Below are positions 1 to 11,571 of a stretch of DNA of 42,882 bases, one piece after another (positions within the stretch are counted from its first letter, which is position 1; each line of letters begins with the position of its first letter). The notes beneath the pieces were generated by a model. That model was not told the origin of the DNA. It saw nothing but the letters and a program-made list of their open reading frames with translations, and made no database searches. The position numbers and the translations under genes are program-made. Origin of the DNA: Gonapodya sp. JEL0774 (lineage: Eukaryota); the NCBI GenBank assembly GCA_027604505.1, contig JADIIX010000163.1, positions 1 through 42,882 on the forward strand, read 5' to 3'.

Positions 1-2
1 AA

Positions 3-75
3 AGCCCGATGCGGGGGTCGAACCCGCGACATTCAGGTTAAGAGCCTGACACTCTGCCGACTGAGTTAACCGGGC
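3..75 (-). tRNA. tRNA-Lys, anticodon CTT, no intron
   Basis: Reverse complement GCCCGGTTAACTCAGTCGGCAGAGTGTCAGGCTCTTAACCTGAATGTCGCGGGTTCGACCCCCGCATCGGGCT folds as a cloverleaf: acceptor stem GCCCGGT/ATCGGGC, anticodon arm TCAGG-CTCTTAA-CCTGA, T-loop GGTTCGA. No encoded CCA. Confidence 0.97.
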
Positions 76-418
76 ATTACCGCAGCAAGAAAATTCATAG
101 TTCATTTTTATTCACTAACAACGTGCTGGGGAGAAAACTCTGGTTGTATCCCCACAACACACACAGTATCTGTGCAACTGCTCGATGCGTCGTGATCTAC
201 TTCCCATCCTATGCTTCCCTTCACTTGAGCTTTCGTCACTACTGCGCCGATCCCATCGATCGTGTCAACCTCTGGATGGGTGTCGATTCCGGCCAAGCTG
301 ATCGAAAGAGCCGTGCTCGACTCACGTCAGCGTCCACTGAGCATCAGCAGCGACGGAGAGTGACTATCAATCCATCAAGGTCATATCAGATGCATCATAA
401 TTCATCCGTGCTTCGAGT

Positions 419-693
419 GAAACTTCCCTGGTTTGTTGAACCGAAGATTAAAACACAAGCGTAATCGCTTATCGACGGTGTGGCTAAACAAGTCACTTGA
501 CGATGCCCCTCGAGGCTTATTCCATGCTTCAAGTGTGGTTGCAAGCGTTTACATGGTCGGGGGAAACTTCCCTGGTTTGTTGAACCGACGATTAAAACAC
601 AGAGTAATTACGTATTGAAGGCGTGGGTAAACAAGTCCTTGACGATGCGCTCGAAGCTGAGTCCATCCTTCAAGTGTGGTTGCAAGCGTTCAC
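419..693. repeat. Imperfect direct tandem duplication, two copies, period about 141-144 bp
   Basis: GAAACTTCCCTGGTTTGTTGAACCGA(A/C)GATTAAAACACA starts at 419 and 563. CAAGTGTGGTTGCAAGCGTT occurs at 530 and 671. The intervening sequence aligns with substitutions and small indels. Confidence 0.9.
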
Positions 694-830
694 AGGGTTG
701 GTGTGCTTGCCTCTGGACGTGTTTCCTGACTTGGCAGAGCCATCGGCGCTCGGCGGAATTGAAAGTCATGCATCACCTCTGGCTGAAACTGATAAATCCG
801 AGTTACTTGGATGCGTTGCGGGCGTTCTAT
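606..830 (-). pseudogene. Possible decayed coding fragment of unknown family
   Basis: One minus frame reads NARNASK*LGFISFSQR*CMTFNSAERRWLCQVRKHVQRQAHQPCERLQPHLKDGLSFERIVKDLFTHAFN. The stops (TAA 803-805, TGA 773-775) could each be a single C-to-T change. No family recognised. Confidence 0.25.
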
Positions 831-1698
831 TTGGGTTGAGAGGAGGAGAGTAGAGAATCGGTGATTCTGATGTACGAGTGGAGGCAGTGCAATCCGACAA
901 CGATCATAACGCAAGCAAAAGAAGAGCGCAAGTAAAAGGTTATCAGAGCTTCTTTCTATTTGTGTCATGTTTTGCACTCTCTGACTGGCTGGCACTCCGT
1001 CCGTTGTATCCCTGGTCAACCTTCACCTCTGTATTCAATACATTACTTTTGTTTGCACTAATGAAAAAGTTCCGACTCTCCAAGCATGTTGAAACATCTA
1101 CAGTATGACTCTCCCGTGGCAAACAGGACACTTCAATGCGCCATCTCGACTTGCTTCGATTATACACGTGGATTACGTCACAAGGATAACTTATTCTCAG
1201 ACCACCGATCGGTGACATGAGTAGGAATCAATTGTAGCACAAGAATTCTAGATAGGAGTTCCCCGTTAGGCGCTGAAATCACTGTGCAAGAAGCAATTAA
1301 AAGGCGAGAAAACCATGTTACAGTAACGGGGAGCACAGGCCCAAACTCATTGAGGTGTTTCGAACACAAGTACATATTCCAATGCATTAAACTGTCTAAT
1401 AATCTACAAAAAAGTGAAACAATAGTAGTACTATTTTTATTGCCTCGAAACCATTGTGCAATTTGTCTACATATTATCCGTCTCCGCATGGGAAGGACAG
1501 TGGGTACCACATAAATTAGTTGACGGTTCAGTTGCATATAATGCAATTTGAAAGTATCAACAGAGCATCAACAGAGCAGATATACCGTATCATTGCTTGA
1601 TTGTGGACGCTGTCCTTGGGCTCAATGAGGACCGCCTGTCAAATGACTGACATGTGATTGGGAACTGGCTGCAACATAAAACTGTCAAACAATCCACA

Positions 1699-3782
1699 AT
1701 GCCCACAAAACGGAGCATATCTTCCGCTCAGGTTCTTGAAAAGGCGCGGAAATCTTTGAGTGGCGAGCAAACAGTTCGCAGCTCCCCAGACATTGTCTGG
1801 ATCATACCATCAATACCCAGTTGGATGCTGGTCGGATTGCCACTAGTGGCTCTTTGCGCCCTTTTTGCTTGGCCGTTATTGGTCCTCTTCGTTGGTGGGC
1901 ATTCTCCTTGGCGCACCATTATCCTTTGTCCCAACCTCCTCGTTTGACACGAAAGCAAATGCCTACATCCTTGCTTGGATTGCTTATATGGTTTATGGTA
2001 AGAAGATAGTATCTTTCGGGCTATTGCTTCCGGAACCTAAAAAGAGCTCCCTCACAGCGCAAACCGATAATCCCAAAGTGAACCCCAACTCTCCCATACC
2101 GTACTTGCCATACGATCCCTTCAGGGTATTTGCACTCGATTATCTTATCCTCGAGCACTCCTACGCTGTTCTTTTGGGACCGATTCGACATGGTGCAATC
2201 TGGCTTCTTTCGAAGCTTGCAGAGGAGCCACCAAAGGGGCGGAAGCTCGCCATATGGTAAGCTATCCCATACGTCAGGACCACCCTCTCTCATAGCTTTC
2301 GAAATAAAAGCGGAAACGATCCTTTGCTTCCTTGGATGGCCAGCTCCAATATCCACTATGGTTCCACTTCCAGTAGCTCCACGCTTGATGTGTATTGCGC
2401 TCACCCATCCTATCCTCTTCGTATCGACCGTACTGCAATGTCTACGGAGCAAACGGTTGGGCCCTACCGACTTCGGCCTGTTATCATTTTTGTGCACGGC
2501 GGAATGTGGAGGCAGGGCGAAAAGCGAATCTATACGCCAGTAGCTCAAATGGGCCAGTCTATGGGTTGTGTTGCGGTAGTTGTCAATTACGACTTGTATC
2601 CAAAGGTTTGTTACTACGAACCAATCCGGGCGGTTCATTGTGGGGACTTACTGACATTTCATGCAATCTCGAATAGGGTAAAATTGACACAATGGTCGCC
2701 GATATCCATGCTGCCATTATATGGACCCACGATCATATTCGGTGATTAGTAGGGATAAAGAGTTCTTCCATCACTTAAATCCCTTTGGTAAATTTTTTTT
2801 TATCTGCTCTCCAGTCAGTTTGGAGGGGATCCTGCACGCATTTTCATTTTGGCGCATGAATCAGGCGCACATGTCGTGACACTCACTCTTCTTCACGACG
2901 CAGTTTTGCGTAGGCGACGTGAATCTGAACGCGAGGCACAGTATTTGCAGGGATTCAATGGTTATGGCAATGGGCAGCTTGCGGGCGGTCCTGGTGGGGC
3001 TGGTGGCGGGATGGGCGGAGGACTTTTGACAGGGATGGGAAGAGTAAGAGGTCTGAGGGAGCCGGGAGTGGAGCTCCCTCAAATCGAGGGGGTAGTATTG
3101 TGGGTCGCATTCGCTTTAGTCCGTGGTCTGGGTGCTCGTGCTCACAGATCGGAATTGTGTTGCCCGTCAACCAGAGTTGCGGGGATATTCGACTTGCCAG
3201 CTCATTTTGAGCACGAAAGGAATCGCGGGTTTGAAGAGGTCTCGTGTCTCAGCCGGATAAACGGTGAGAGGTGCCCATCAATTCTTCCAAATCTGACCTC
3301 TCAAAGGATCATCATTTTACTGCAGCACGACCACTTTCAACCACCTCCCCGCTCCACATTCTTCGTACATTGCCCCCAAGCTTTGTGCGACAGGTCCTAC
3401 CACATCGGTGGTGGCTCCATCACGGCACCAGCGACACTTTCGTCCTTCCCACTCAGACTCGAAATTTCGCCCAGGCACTACGTAGAGGGGGTGTAAGGGT
3501 TGTGGACGAAGTTCACTGGGACGGGGTGGATCACGTCGGCCTTATTAGTGGTGAGCTCTGGTCACTTGAATTACTCCGTACCAAGGCAAGAGCATGAATG
3601 ACACGAATTCAATTGGCTTTGAAGCTCTCACTTTCCCCACGTCGCCTCTTGCACCCACATTTGTTGCCGGGCTGAAAGCATTTTGTCTTGTGAAACCTGG
3701 CTCAAGGGATCGACGGTTCAGTGTAACTTCCGACGACAGTGAGTCAAGCCTGGCAGGAAGCCAGGTCGGCACATCTCGTTGA
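1699..3782 (+). CDS. Isoprenylcysteine methylesterase (ICME)/HSL-family alpha/beta hydrolase with N-terminal membrane segment; multi-exon; atypical nucleophile elbow
   Basis: Spliced reading gives hydrophobic N-terminal helices, LDVY...PVIIFVHGGMW..G.K (oxyanion HGG), VVVNYDLYP, QFGGDPARIFILAHESGAH, HHGTSDTFV (acid) and GVDH (His). Confidence 0.85.
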
Positions 3783-3939
3783 GTGGACCTCCACGTACGT
3801 GTAAATATCTGTATATATTGAATTCGAAAAAAGAGTCGTGCGCAGCTCAAATCAATTATCACTTTCATGAATGTTTGCAAATATCATTTTTCGTTTGGAC
3901 GATCAATCTATGCATTCTAAGTGTATGAAGGATAATAGT

Positions 3940-5616
3940 TTACAGAATCCGTGATCGGATGGTGTTCGAAAGGAGTGCTGCAGGGAGGGCGCAGTTCTCT
4001 CAGAACGTTAGTCTCAAACTAACGAACAGCAGAAACACTTCACCAAGTTGGGCGACAATTTCCGTGGTTACTTCTTCTGTATTGACGTCTGCAATCAAGT
4101 ACCTGCACAAGTGATCGAAGATGTTATCCTGGAGAGGTTCAGTTTCGAAATTTGTGGACGGGAGCATACCCCAATTTTCCGTTGGTCTCCAACACCTGCT
4201 TTCCTACATTGTAGGCTGAAAGAATGTAATCAATCTCTTTCAGCACGCCCCTCACGTTCCGGTGCATGTTCAGAATGCGCCTCGTGCCCGATTTCAAGGG
4301 CCATGACTGGATGCTGGGGAAGTTGACCGCCCCAACACTGGCACCTTCGTTCAGGAATCGCACAATTGAGTTCGCAACGTCGTGACCGACTCGCTCATGT
4401 GCTTGTTGGGTTGCGTCACCGAGGTTCGGTACCATGATCACGTTCTTGAGGCTTGCAAAAGGGTGTTGGAACGACGCCTGGTTCGAAAGGGGAGTGTTGG
4501 GGAACACATCGAAAGCAGCACCAGCCAGGTTCTTGGCCTTGAGAGCCTGTGCAGCAGCCTCGAAGTCAACTGCTTCACTGTAGCTGGTATTGATGAGGTA
4601 GGCACCCTTCTTCATCTGCCGAATCTCGTTTTCACCAAACAGATGGCGATTCTCCGCTGTCGGAGAAACACAGATAGCAACAAAGTCAGACACTGGGAGT
4701 AAGGCGGCGAGAGAGGCTTGAGGTTGACTGCGTCCAATGGGGAGAACAGTTGCAATGTCGTAGAAGATGACCCGCATCCCGATCGACTCAGCCATGACAC
4801 CCAGCTTAAGCAGTATCGCGTTCAAAAGATCGCTAAAGTTACAATTTACGGATGGACGAGAACTCACCTGGGAACCAATGTGTCCGTATCCCACAATACC
4901 GAGGGTCTTACCACGAACCTCATAGCAGTCGCTGGACACCTTGTTCCATTCCCCCCGATGCATTTCCATACTACGGTCCATGAGCTGCCGCGCTAACGAG
5001 ATAATAAAGCAAATCGATAACTCTGCGACGGAGTAGGAGTGCCCGTAAGGGCTGGAGAAGACAGGAATCTGGTGATGTTCGAACTCGTCAGATAGCCAGG
5101 AATGCCCGTCATCACCGCCAACACACTTACACCCATCTCTTGCGCCGCTTTGAGATCGATTTGGTCAGTGTATTGGCTGAAGCAACCAATGGCAAGCAGA
5201 CGGTGGGCTGACCGGATCACTACCATTTCCATAAGGATTTGGTTCACACCATTGGGATCGTAGTGACACGAGAACGCACCTTCATCAGTGAGGTACTCTT
5301 GGGGGCGCTTTTCTTTGAGACAAACAATCTGGGGGCAAAGCATGGAGACTCAATGACCAAAAGTTGTAAAACTCCATGAAGTCCGCACACGGCCTTTTCC
5401 AGCTCTAGACAGCACAGCTTCCAAGTGCAAAGAATGGCGTGTTCTCGATGACCATCGTGCTATGGTACTCACCTGGTAATCACCGATCTTCTTGGTAAGC
5501 TGTGCCTCCGAAAGCTGTTCGAAACAACTGTCCACCTTCCATTTGGCGTACTGGAAGATCTCAAGCGCAGATTCAGGAACAGGGTCGAGGAGGAGAACGT
5601 TGATTTGCTTGGCCAT
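3940..5616 (-). CDS. D-3-phosphoglycerate dehydrogenase-like protein (SerA/SER3 type with C-terminal ACT domain), catalytic residues substituted; multi-exon
   Basis: MAKQINVLLLD..., LLAIGCF, SVAEL, MHRGEWNK....EVRGKTLGIVGYGHIGSQLGVMAE, GAVNFP, RILNMHRNVRGVL..I, YLIADV, TIRSRIL*. ATG at 5616, TAA at 3940-3942. Confidence 0.92.
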
Positions 5617-6121
5617 GAGTGGGAACCCTGGGGATTCGGAAGATATAAACGACAAACGACAGTCTTTGAAACTTCTTCACCTGCGACCAAAGCAAGGATA
5701 CTCCATGACTTCCTTCAAACCATTCCCCAATGTGTCTTTGGAGAACGTGGTAGTTACTATCAAAGTGCCTATGTTATCTTGATTGCAAGCTGTAGTGCGT
5801 GAATCTGAAATGTTCATTTTGTGAGAGGTGCTGCTGTCGCTCCATGTATTCCAGCTATGAAAATCGTGCTACAGGATATGGTAGAATTATTGTTGTATCA
5901 TTGGGAAACCCCTCTTGTTATTGTGGACAACATTTGTACCTAGATTCGTTGACGGCTTCCACGTAACTGGGAGGTCCCACGTATGAGAACTTAGCACTCT
6001 CCGAGGACACTTATGACGTAAAATACTCACCGTGCTCTGCGGATTTTGTGGAATCATCATTCGAACTTTGGTTCTGGTCCCGCTCGGGAAAGCGAACCCG
6101 TTCATTGCGGGAAGGACTCAC

Positions 6122-9100
6122 ATGGAGGCAGAAGGCGAGGCACAGGTCGCACGAATGCGTGATTTGAGTGCAAATAGCAGAGAAGCGGAGGATTTAATGA
6201 GAGGAAATGGTGTCGAGGGAGCTGTGAACCCCGCCGACACTTTGGATACGGTGGACGGAGTGGAAGGGAACGCGGTTCAGGTTCTGTCACAGTTTCTCCT
6301 GCAACATCCGGAATTACTTGCGCAGCTGGGACTTAATATGGACGGAAGCACTCTGGGGTCGAACGGAGATCCCTCTCCGGATTCAAGTAAACAAAGCGTG
6401 AGTGGAGGACCAGGAGACAACACTAGCAGCCGGAACGCACATCAAAACACACAGGGATCAACAGACGAATCCAAAGCTGTACTCCGTGAGCCCGCTCACA
6501 GCAACTACCCCAGATACCCCTCAAATCAGCACCATCTCACTCCCACCATTGCGATCGGACGTGCGGTCCTTCCCCAAAATCCATCTCTCCCATTCTCGAA
6601 TACTCAGATTCCAAATCTACAAAGTGCCTGGCCGCACTCCTCTCACTCGCGTGGACCCTTTTTGAGCCCTGGTTCCCCTTACGCGTTAACCCCCGAGATC
6701 ATCGACGTGGACAGCACACTGCCCGCTTATCCCGCTTCGTCAGTTCCCACACTCCCCTTTCTTTCAAACTCGTTCCATCCACCAGCCTTCTCCGCAAAGC
6801 GCTCAGCCGAGCACAGCTTCCGCCAAATACAACGACCGAAATCAAGCCCAAACCCAACATCCTCTGTGCCCCCTCGGCCCCCAAAACGCCAGCGGCTTCT
6901 TGACTCTTTCACCTCTGTCGATCCCGTGGACGTCGACGACGACAGTTCCTTTTCTGCCTCAGCCCCCATCGACTTGACGGTTGACGACGACGACGAAACC
7001 CCATTGATCTCTTCTTCTCCTGCGCCTCGACGGCCCTTCTCGGATCTGTCCTCCACATCCTTTTCGACACTGCGCCATGCGCCCCACCGCTCGTTTGTTG
7101 GACCTTCATCCCCTTTGGAGGTGGATCTGGGGACTGTACCCTGCATGGTGCCCTTCAAGGTTTGGCCACAAGGATGGGAGAGGAAGCCCATGTTGAAAGA
7201 AGATGTGCTGGTTAGAAAAAGCAGGACCAAGGACAACGGTGGGTGCAAACTGTAGTGTGTTGGAGTGGGGGCGGTCAAGTTTGTTGCACTGATCTCGGAA
7301 GGCCATTGTCTTCGAGCGCACCCGAGCCCAGATGCAACAATTGCAGTTGGAATGCCTCTATCTCCCCTCGTGCTATTTGGCTTCTACCCTGCCATGTTGC
7401 AGGAGGTTCCGGTGCCTTTTTTTGTGACCTTTACTCTATTCGCGATTCCAACTTCCTTCTCCCATCCACTTCCCACTTGCCGCCTCCTTTGTTCCCGGAA
7501 TCTCTTCCAACACTGCTGCCACCAGTTATTTGGATTCAGTCTCATGGGGGCGCTACCGTGAGTTTTTCTTATCTCTCGCGTTCGCTACTTCGCTCATCAG
7601 CCACCTACTGCGACCCAGCTCGCCTCTCTCCCCGTTACCCTCTCTTCCCTCTTGGGCCCAATTCTGAGTCACTCTTCCCTCCGACTTTCCGCTCTCCTAA
7701 CTCATCCTCACAACCCTTCTACCTCGGCCGCCCCGCTGGAACTTCGTTTCCGTGGTCCTGCGGAACTGGGACCTGGGTTGGCCCAGTACATGCGTGAGCG
7801 AATGTATTCGCTTGTTCCACCTGAAGGATCGGGATTGACGGTGCTTGGAACGATCAGCGGGAACAAAGGGAGTGTGTCGGCTGTTGGGGACGAGGCCGCC
7901 AGAGGTCAAATAGAAGAAGTTTTGAAGGCGATGAGGTGCGCGGCGGATTTGCCAGAGGCGGATGCCCGTGAGTTGTGGATTGAAGTTCTTTTGTTGATAA
8001 GTTGTAGGAACTTGATTGATGGCGGGCTCGAGTTCGAACTGGAGTGCGCTGATATTACCGGCACGATTCGCAAAGATTGTGACAATCTTTTGCGACCTAC
8101 CGAGAGTGGACGTGTGCGTTCGGGGAATATCGGTTTGCCCGTTTTTCTGACCCTTACAATCCCAGCCCCGTCACTCCAGACCAGCCTTTACCCGCACCAA
8201 CGCCAAGCTCTCTGGTTCATGCGTGAGCGAGAAAAGGTTCCCGCACTCCGGGAGCAATCATCTAATCTTTGGCGACGGGAAGGTTCCAAGTCTTGGAGGA
8301 ATGTTATTGGTGGGGAATGGAGACAGGACAATCCTGAGGAGTGCAGAGGGGGTATAGTTGCGGACGATATGGGGTTAGGTGAGGGTTACAAACGGAAATT
8401 TGGGGAACAATTTTTTTGGTGCAGGTCAAAGGCAAACGCTCGATCCTCTTCGCTACCTTAAAAAGGGAAAACAATCCAAGTGCTCTCCCTCGTTTGCTGC
8501 GATCTTGACTTTCCTGATGATCTCTCTGGCGAAGTATCCATGACCGCCACCTCCAATCCTACCCCTGGCGCACCTCCAAATCCAATTGACCTGGACGCTG
8601 CGCACCCCTTGTCCGCTTTCAATGAACCTCTCAAGCCTGATCACTATACCCTCATGCATCTCGGCCGGACCACTTCGTATCAGCCTTTGGCACCGTACGG
8701 TCGCTCGTCGTCTCCTCCACCGAGCGTGCCTCCCCCTACAGTGACTACTCGAGCAACACTCATCGTGTGTCCGTTAAGTACGGTGGCGAACTGGGAGGAA
8801 CAAGTTGGGCAACATTTGAAACCAGGTGTCAGAGTAGCAGTACATCATGGAGCGGGGAGGGCGAGGGCAGCTGAGACTTTGGGGGAGAATGTGAGTGTGG
8901 GCTTGGAAAATCGATGACTTGGCCTACTTAAAGTGGGTGTAATCGATGACTTGCTGTCACAGGATGTTGTTCTCACGACCTACGACGTGTTGGCCATCGA
9001 GTATAACAAGCTGGCAAAAGCTATCGCTGGAGCTGGGTCGGTTACGGGAAACGTTGAGGTGACAGCGTTAGCGCCGTTGCATGCGATGCGATGGCGGCGA

Positions 9101-11393
9101 GTCGTGCTGGTACGTAAGGGGTGAGGTGTGTTGCGAGGAGTTCACCATTATCCGCGCTTATTTGTGTGTGTGTGCTTGCTATCGATAGGACGAAGCACAT
9201 GTTATAAAAGACTTTACGAGGAGCAGGGCCAAGGCGTGTTCAGAACTTGCAGCTGAGAGGAGATGGTGCATAACGTGAGTGATGACTCCATCGTTCTCAC
9301 CAATGAGTCCCGTTTTCATCATCAACATCTCGCACAGCGGCACCCCTATCCTTAATCGTCTAGATGACCTTTATTCTCTCGTTCGATTCCTTCGCTTGGA
9401 CCCCTTTTCCTCCCGCGCAACATGGACATCTTCCATCGCTCGTCCTTTAAAGTCGGGTGACCCCATTGGAATCACCCGTCTCCAAACTCTCATGAAACTT
9501 GTCACGTTGCGTCGAACGAAAACCCAAACAGTGGCGGGTAAGCCTATTTTGGATCTTGTGCCCAGAGATGTGGAAGTAAGAAGGATGATCATGGTGGGGG
9601 AGGAGCGGGACACATACGAGAGAGCGGCAAAGATCGCGCACAAGATTTTCAGTGGATTAGTGCAAGCGGGGACGGTGGTGAGTTCCAATGACGTCGCATT
9701 AGGGTGGTGCTTCCAGACTGTGGTTGTCATTCACTCTTCAGATGAGCCACTATGTGCACGTTCTAGAAATGACGCTGCGGTTGAGACAGCTGGCGACACA
9801 TCCTGGTTTGTGCAAGAAAAAGCAGCTCGAGTTCCAGGGGATCAGTGGGTTTTCGAAATAGATCATTATTCAGCATCGTGGAATTTTTGGATCCCCAACC
9901 CTATCCCGTTCTTCCCCTTCAAACTTGCCATCTCTCCATAGTTGACCAGTACTCCGACGTCATTGACCTCTCGGATGACTCGGCTATGTCAAAGGATAAA
10001 GCGGTGGAAGCTCTTCAGGTCCTAAGAGACGCCGACCAAGACCAATGCGGGTTCTGCGGCATGACTGTCGAAGGCGTGGGAAATGATCGAGATGGAGGTG
10101 ACAAGGAAGGATCAAAGGTACCCGTGGTGACGCGGTGTGGCCACCTGTAAGTCGCTAGCGCAACGGATGGCGTTATTCCTCTATCATTGATCCTCTATCA
10201 TCAGGTATTGCAAAACCTGCGTTGACGAGAAGCTGGAAAGAAGCTCGATGTTTCAGTGTACTTTGTGTAACAAGTTCGCCGGGAAGGATGACGTACTCGA
10301 GATCTCTGACGACGATTGCGTGGTTCGTTTTATTCGTTGTGCAACCGGAAATGGCCTTGGTCTAGTGCTGACACACCATGCTGATCGTTAGAAGGGTCAG
10401 TCGATAACTGGCTCTACACCAGATCCTTTTCTGTCTGGACTCCCCGTGTGGGACGCGCCTTCGGGGACCCCAGTAGTAAAATCGTCCGAAGACGTGGTTT
10501 GGGACTTCTCTCGCCGAAGCACGAAAATTGCGGCACTTCTCCAGGACCTCACGTCCATCATCGCGGAAGGACATGCTCATGGTGAAGCTCCGGAAAAGTC
10601 TGTCGTGTTTTCCCAGTGGACGACTTTCCTCGACGTCATCGCTGTACACCTCCGGAATGAAGGCATACGATTCGTGCGTTTGGATGGCAAAATGCCCAGA
10701 CCCGAGCGAAACGCGGCTATGGAGAGGTTCAAGGCTGAGCCCGATGTTCTTGTGATGCTCGTTTCGCTAAAGGCGGGTGGAGTTGGGCTGAATTTAACCG
10801 TCGCCTCCCGGGTGAGTTGAGTCTTTCACATTAACAGGGTGACTCAAGTGGCTAATTGTCGACTTATTCGTGTAGGCTTTTCTCATGGAACCTTACTGGA
10901 ACAGAGCCGTCGAGAATCAGGCTATCGACAGGTGGGTGGTCCCGACTCTTCAGACACCAAGCTGCAGCGACTCACATGCCATTCATTGTTCTAGAATTCA
11001 CCGACTGGGCCAGAAAAGGAGAGTCAAGATCGTCCGTTATGTGATCAAGGTTAGTTCTCTTTGTGGCCAGGTTGGTAGATGTGGAGGCTTATCGTCAATG
11101 CTTCCATATCCTGAAAGGATTCTATTGAGGAAAATATTCTTAAATTGCAAGAAAAGAAGCAAGAATTGGTGAACATGGCTCTAACTGCAAGAGAGGATCA
11201 AGAAGAGGACGACGGTGACCGCAGTCAAAAGAAAAGAGGAAGAGGGGGAGAAGGAACTTCGAGGCAGCAGGTTCGTTTAGTTGAGACCCTTGGCGCTGTC
11301 TGTCGGTATACGAGCACTTCAAAATGCATGAATTCTCATCTTTTACAGAAACAGCAGAAGAGATTCGCTGAGCTCCAAAGTCTGTTCAGTTAA
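6122..11393 (+). CDS. RAD5/HLTF/RAD16-family SNF2 helicase with embedded C3HC4 RING and probable HIRAN-like region; multi-exon
   Basis: LYPHQRQALWFM, GGIVADDMGLGKT (motif I), TLIVCPLSTVANW, VVLTTY, VVLDEAH, TGTPILNRLDDLYSL, LRRTK, RING CxxC...CGHxYCxxC...CxxC, STKI, VVFSQW, SLKAGGVGLNLT, EPYWN.AVENQAIDRIHRLGQ. The N-terminal exon structure at 7240-7600 is less certain. Confidence 0.93.
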
Positions 11394-11571
11394 GTCATGG
11401 TCTCGACGTGTCTGTGTTTTCCGTTTCTATCTCTCCGACGTTGCGGAGCTCCTTGATGAGGCGAATTTTGTGACCAAGTCAGCAGTACATGGAGGGTCTT
11501 CCATTTGAATGAACGCATCATTGTTGTTAGAGGATCCTGATAGAAGCACATTATTGTACAGATTTACAGTG

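Noticed and set aside
419..693. CRISPR-like repeat-spacer array
   Set aside because: Only two units, the 'spacers' are homologous to each other, the context is eukaryotic and there are no cas genes.
960..1560. Possible transposase remnant
   Set aside because: No DDE motif, terminal inverted repeats or target-site duplication could be identified.
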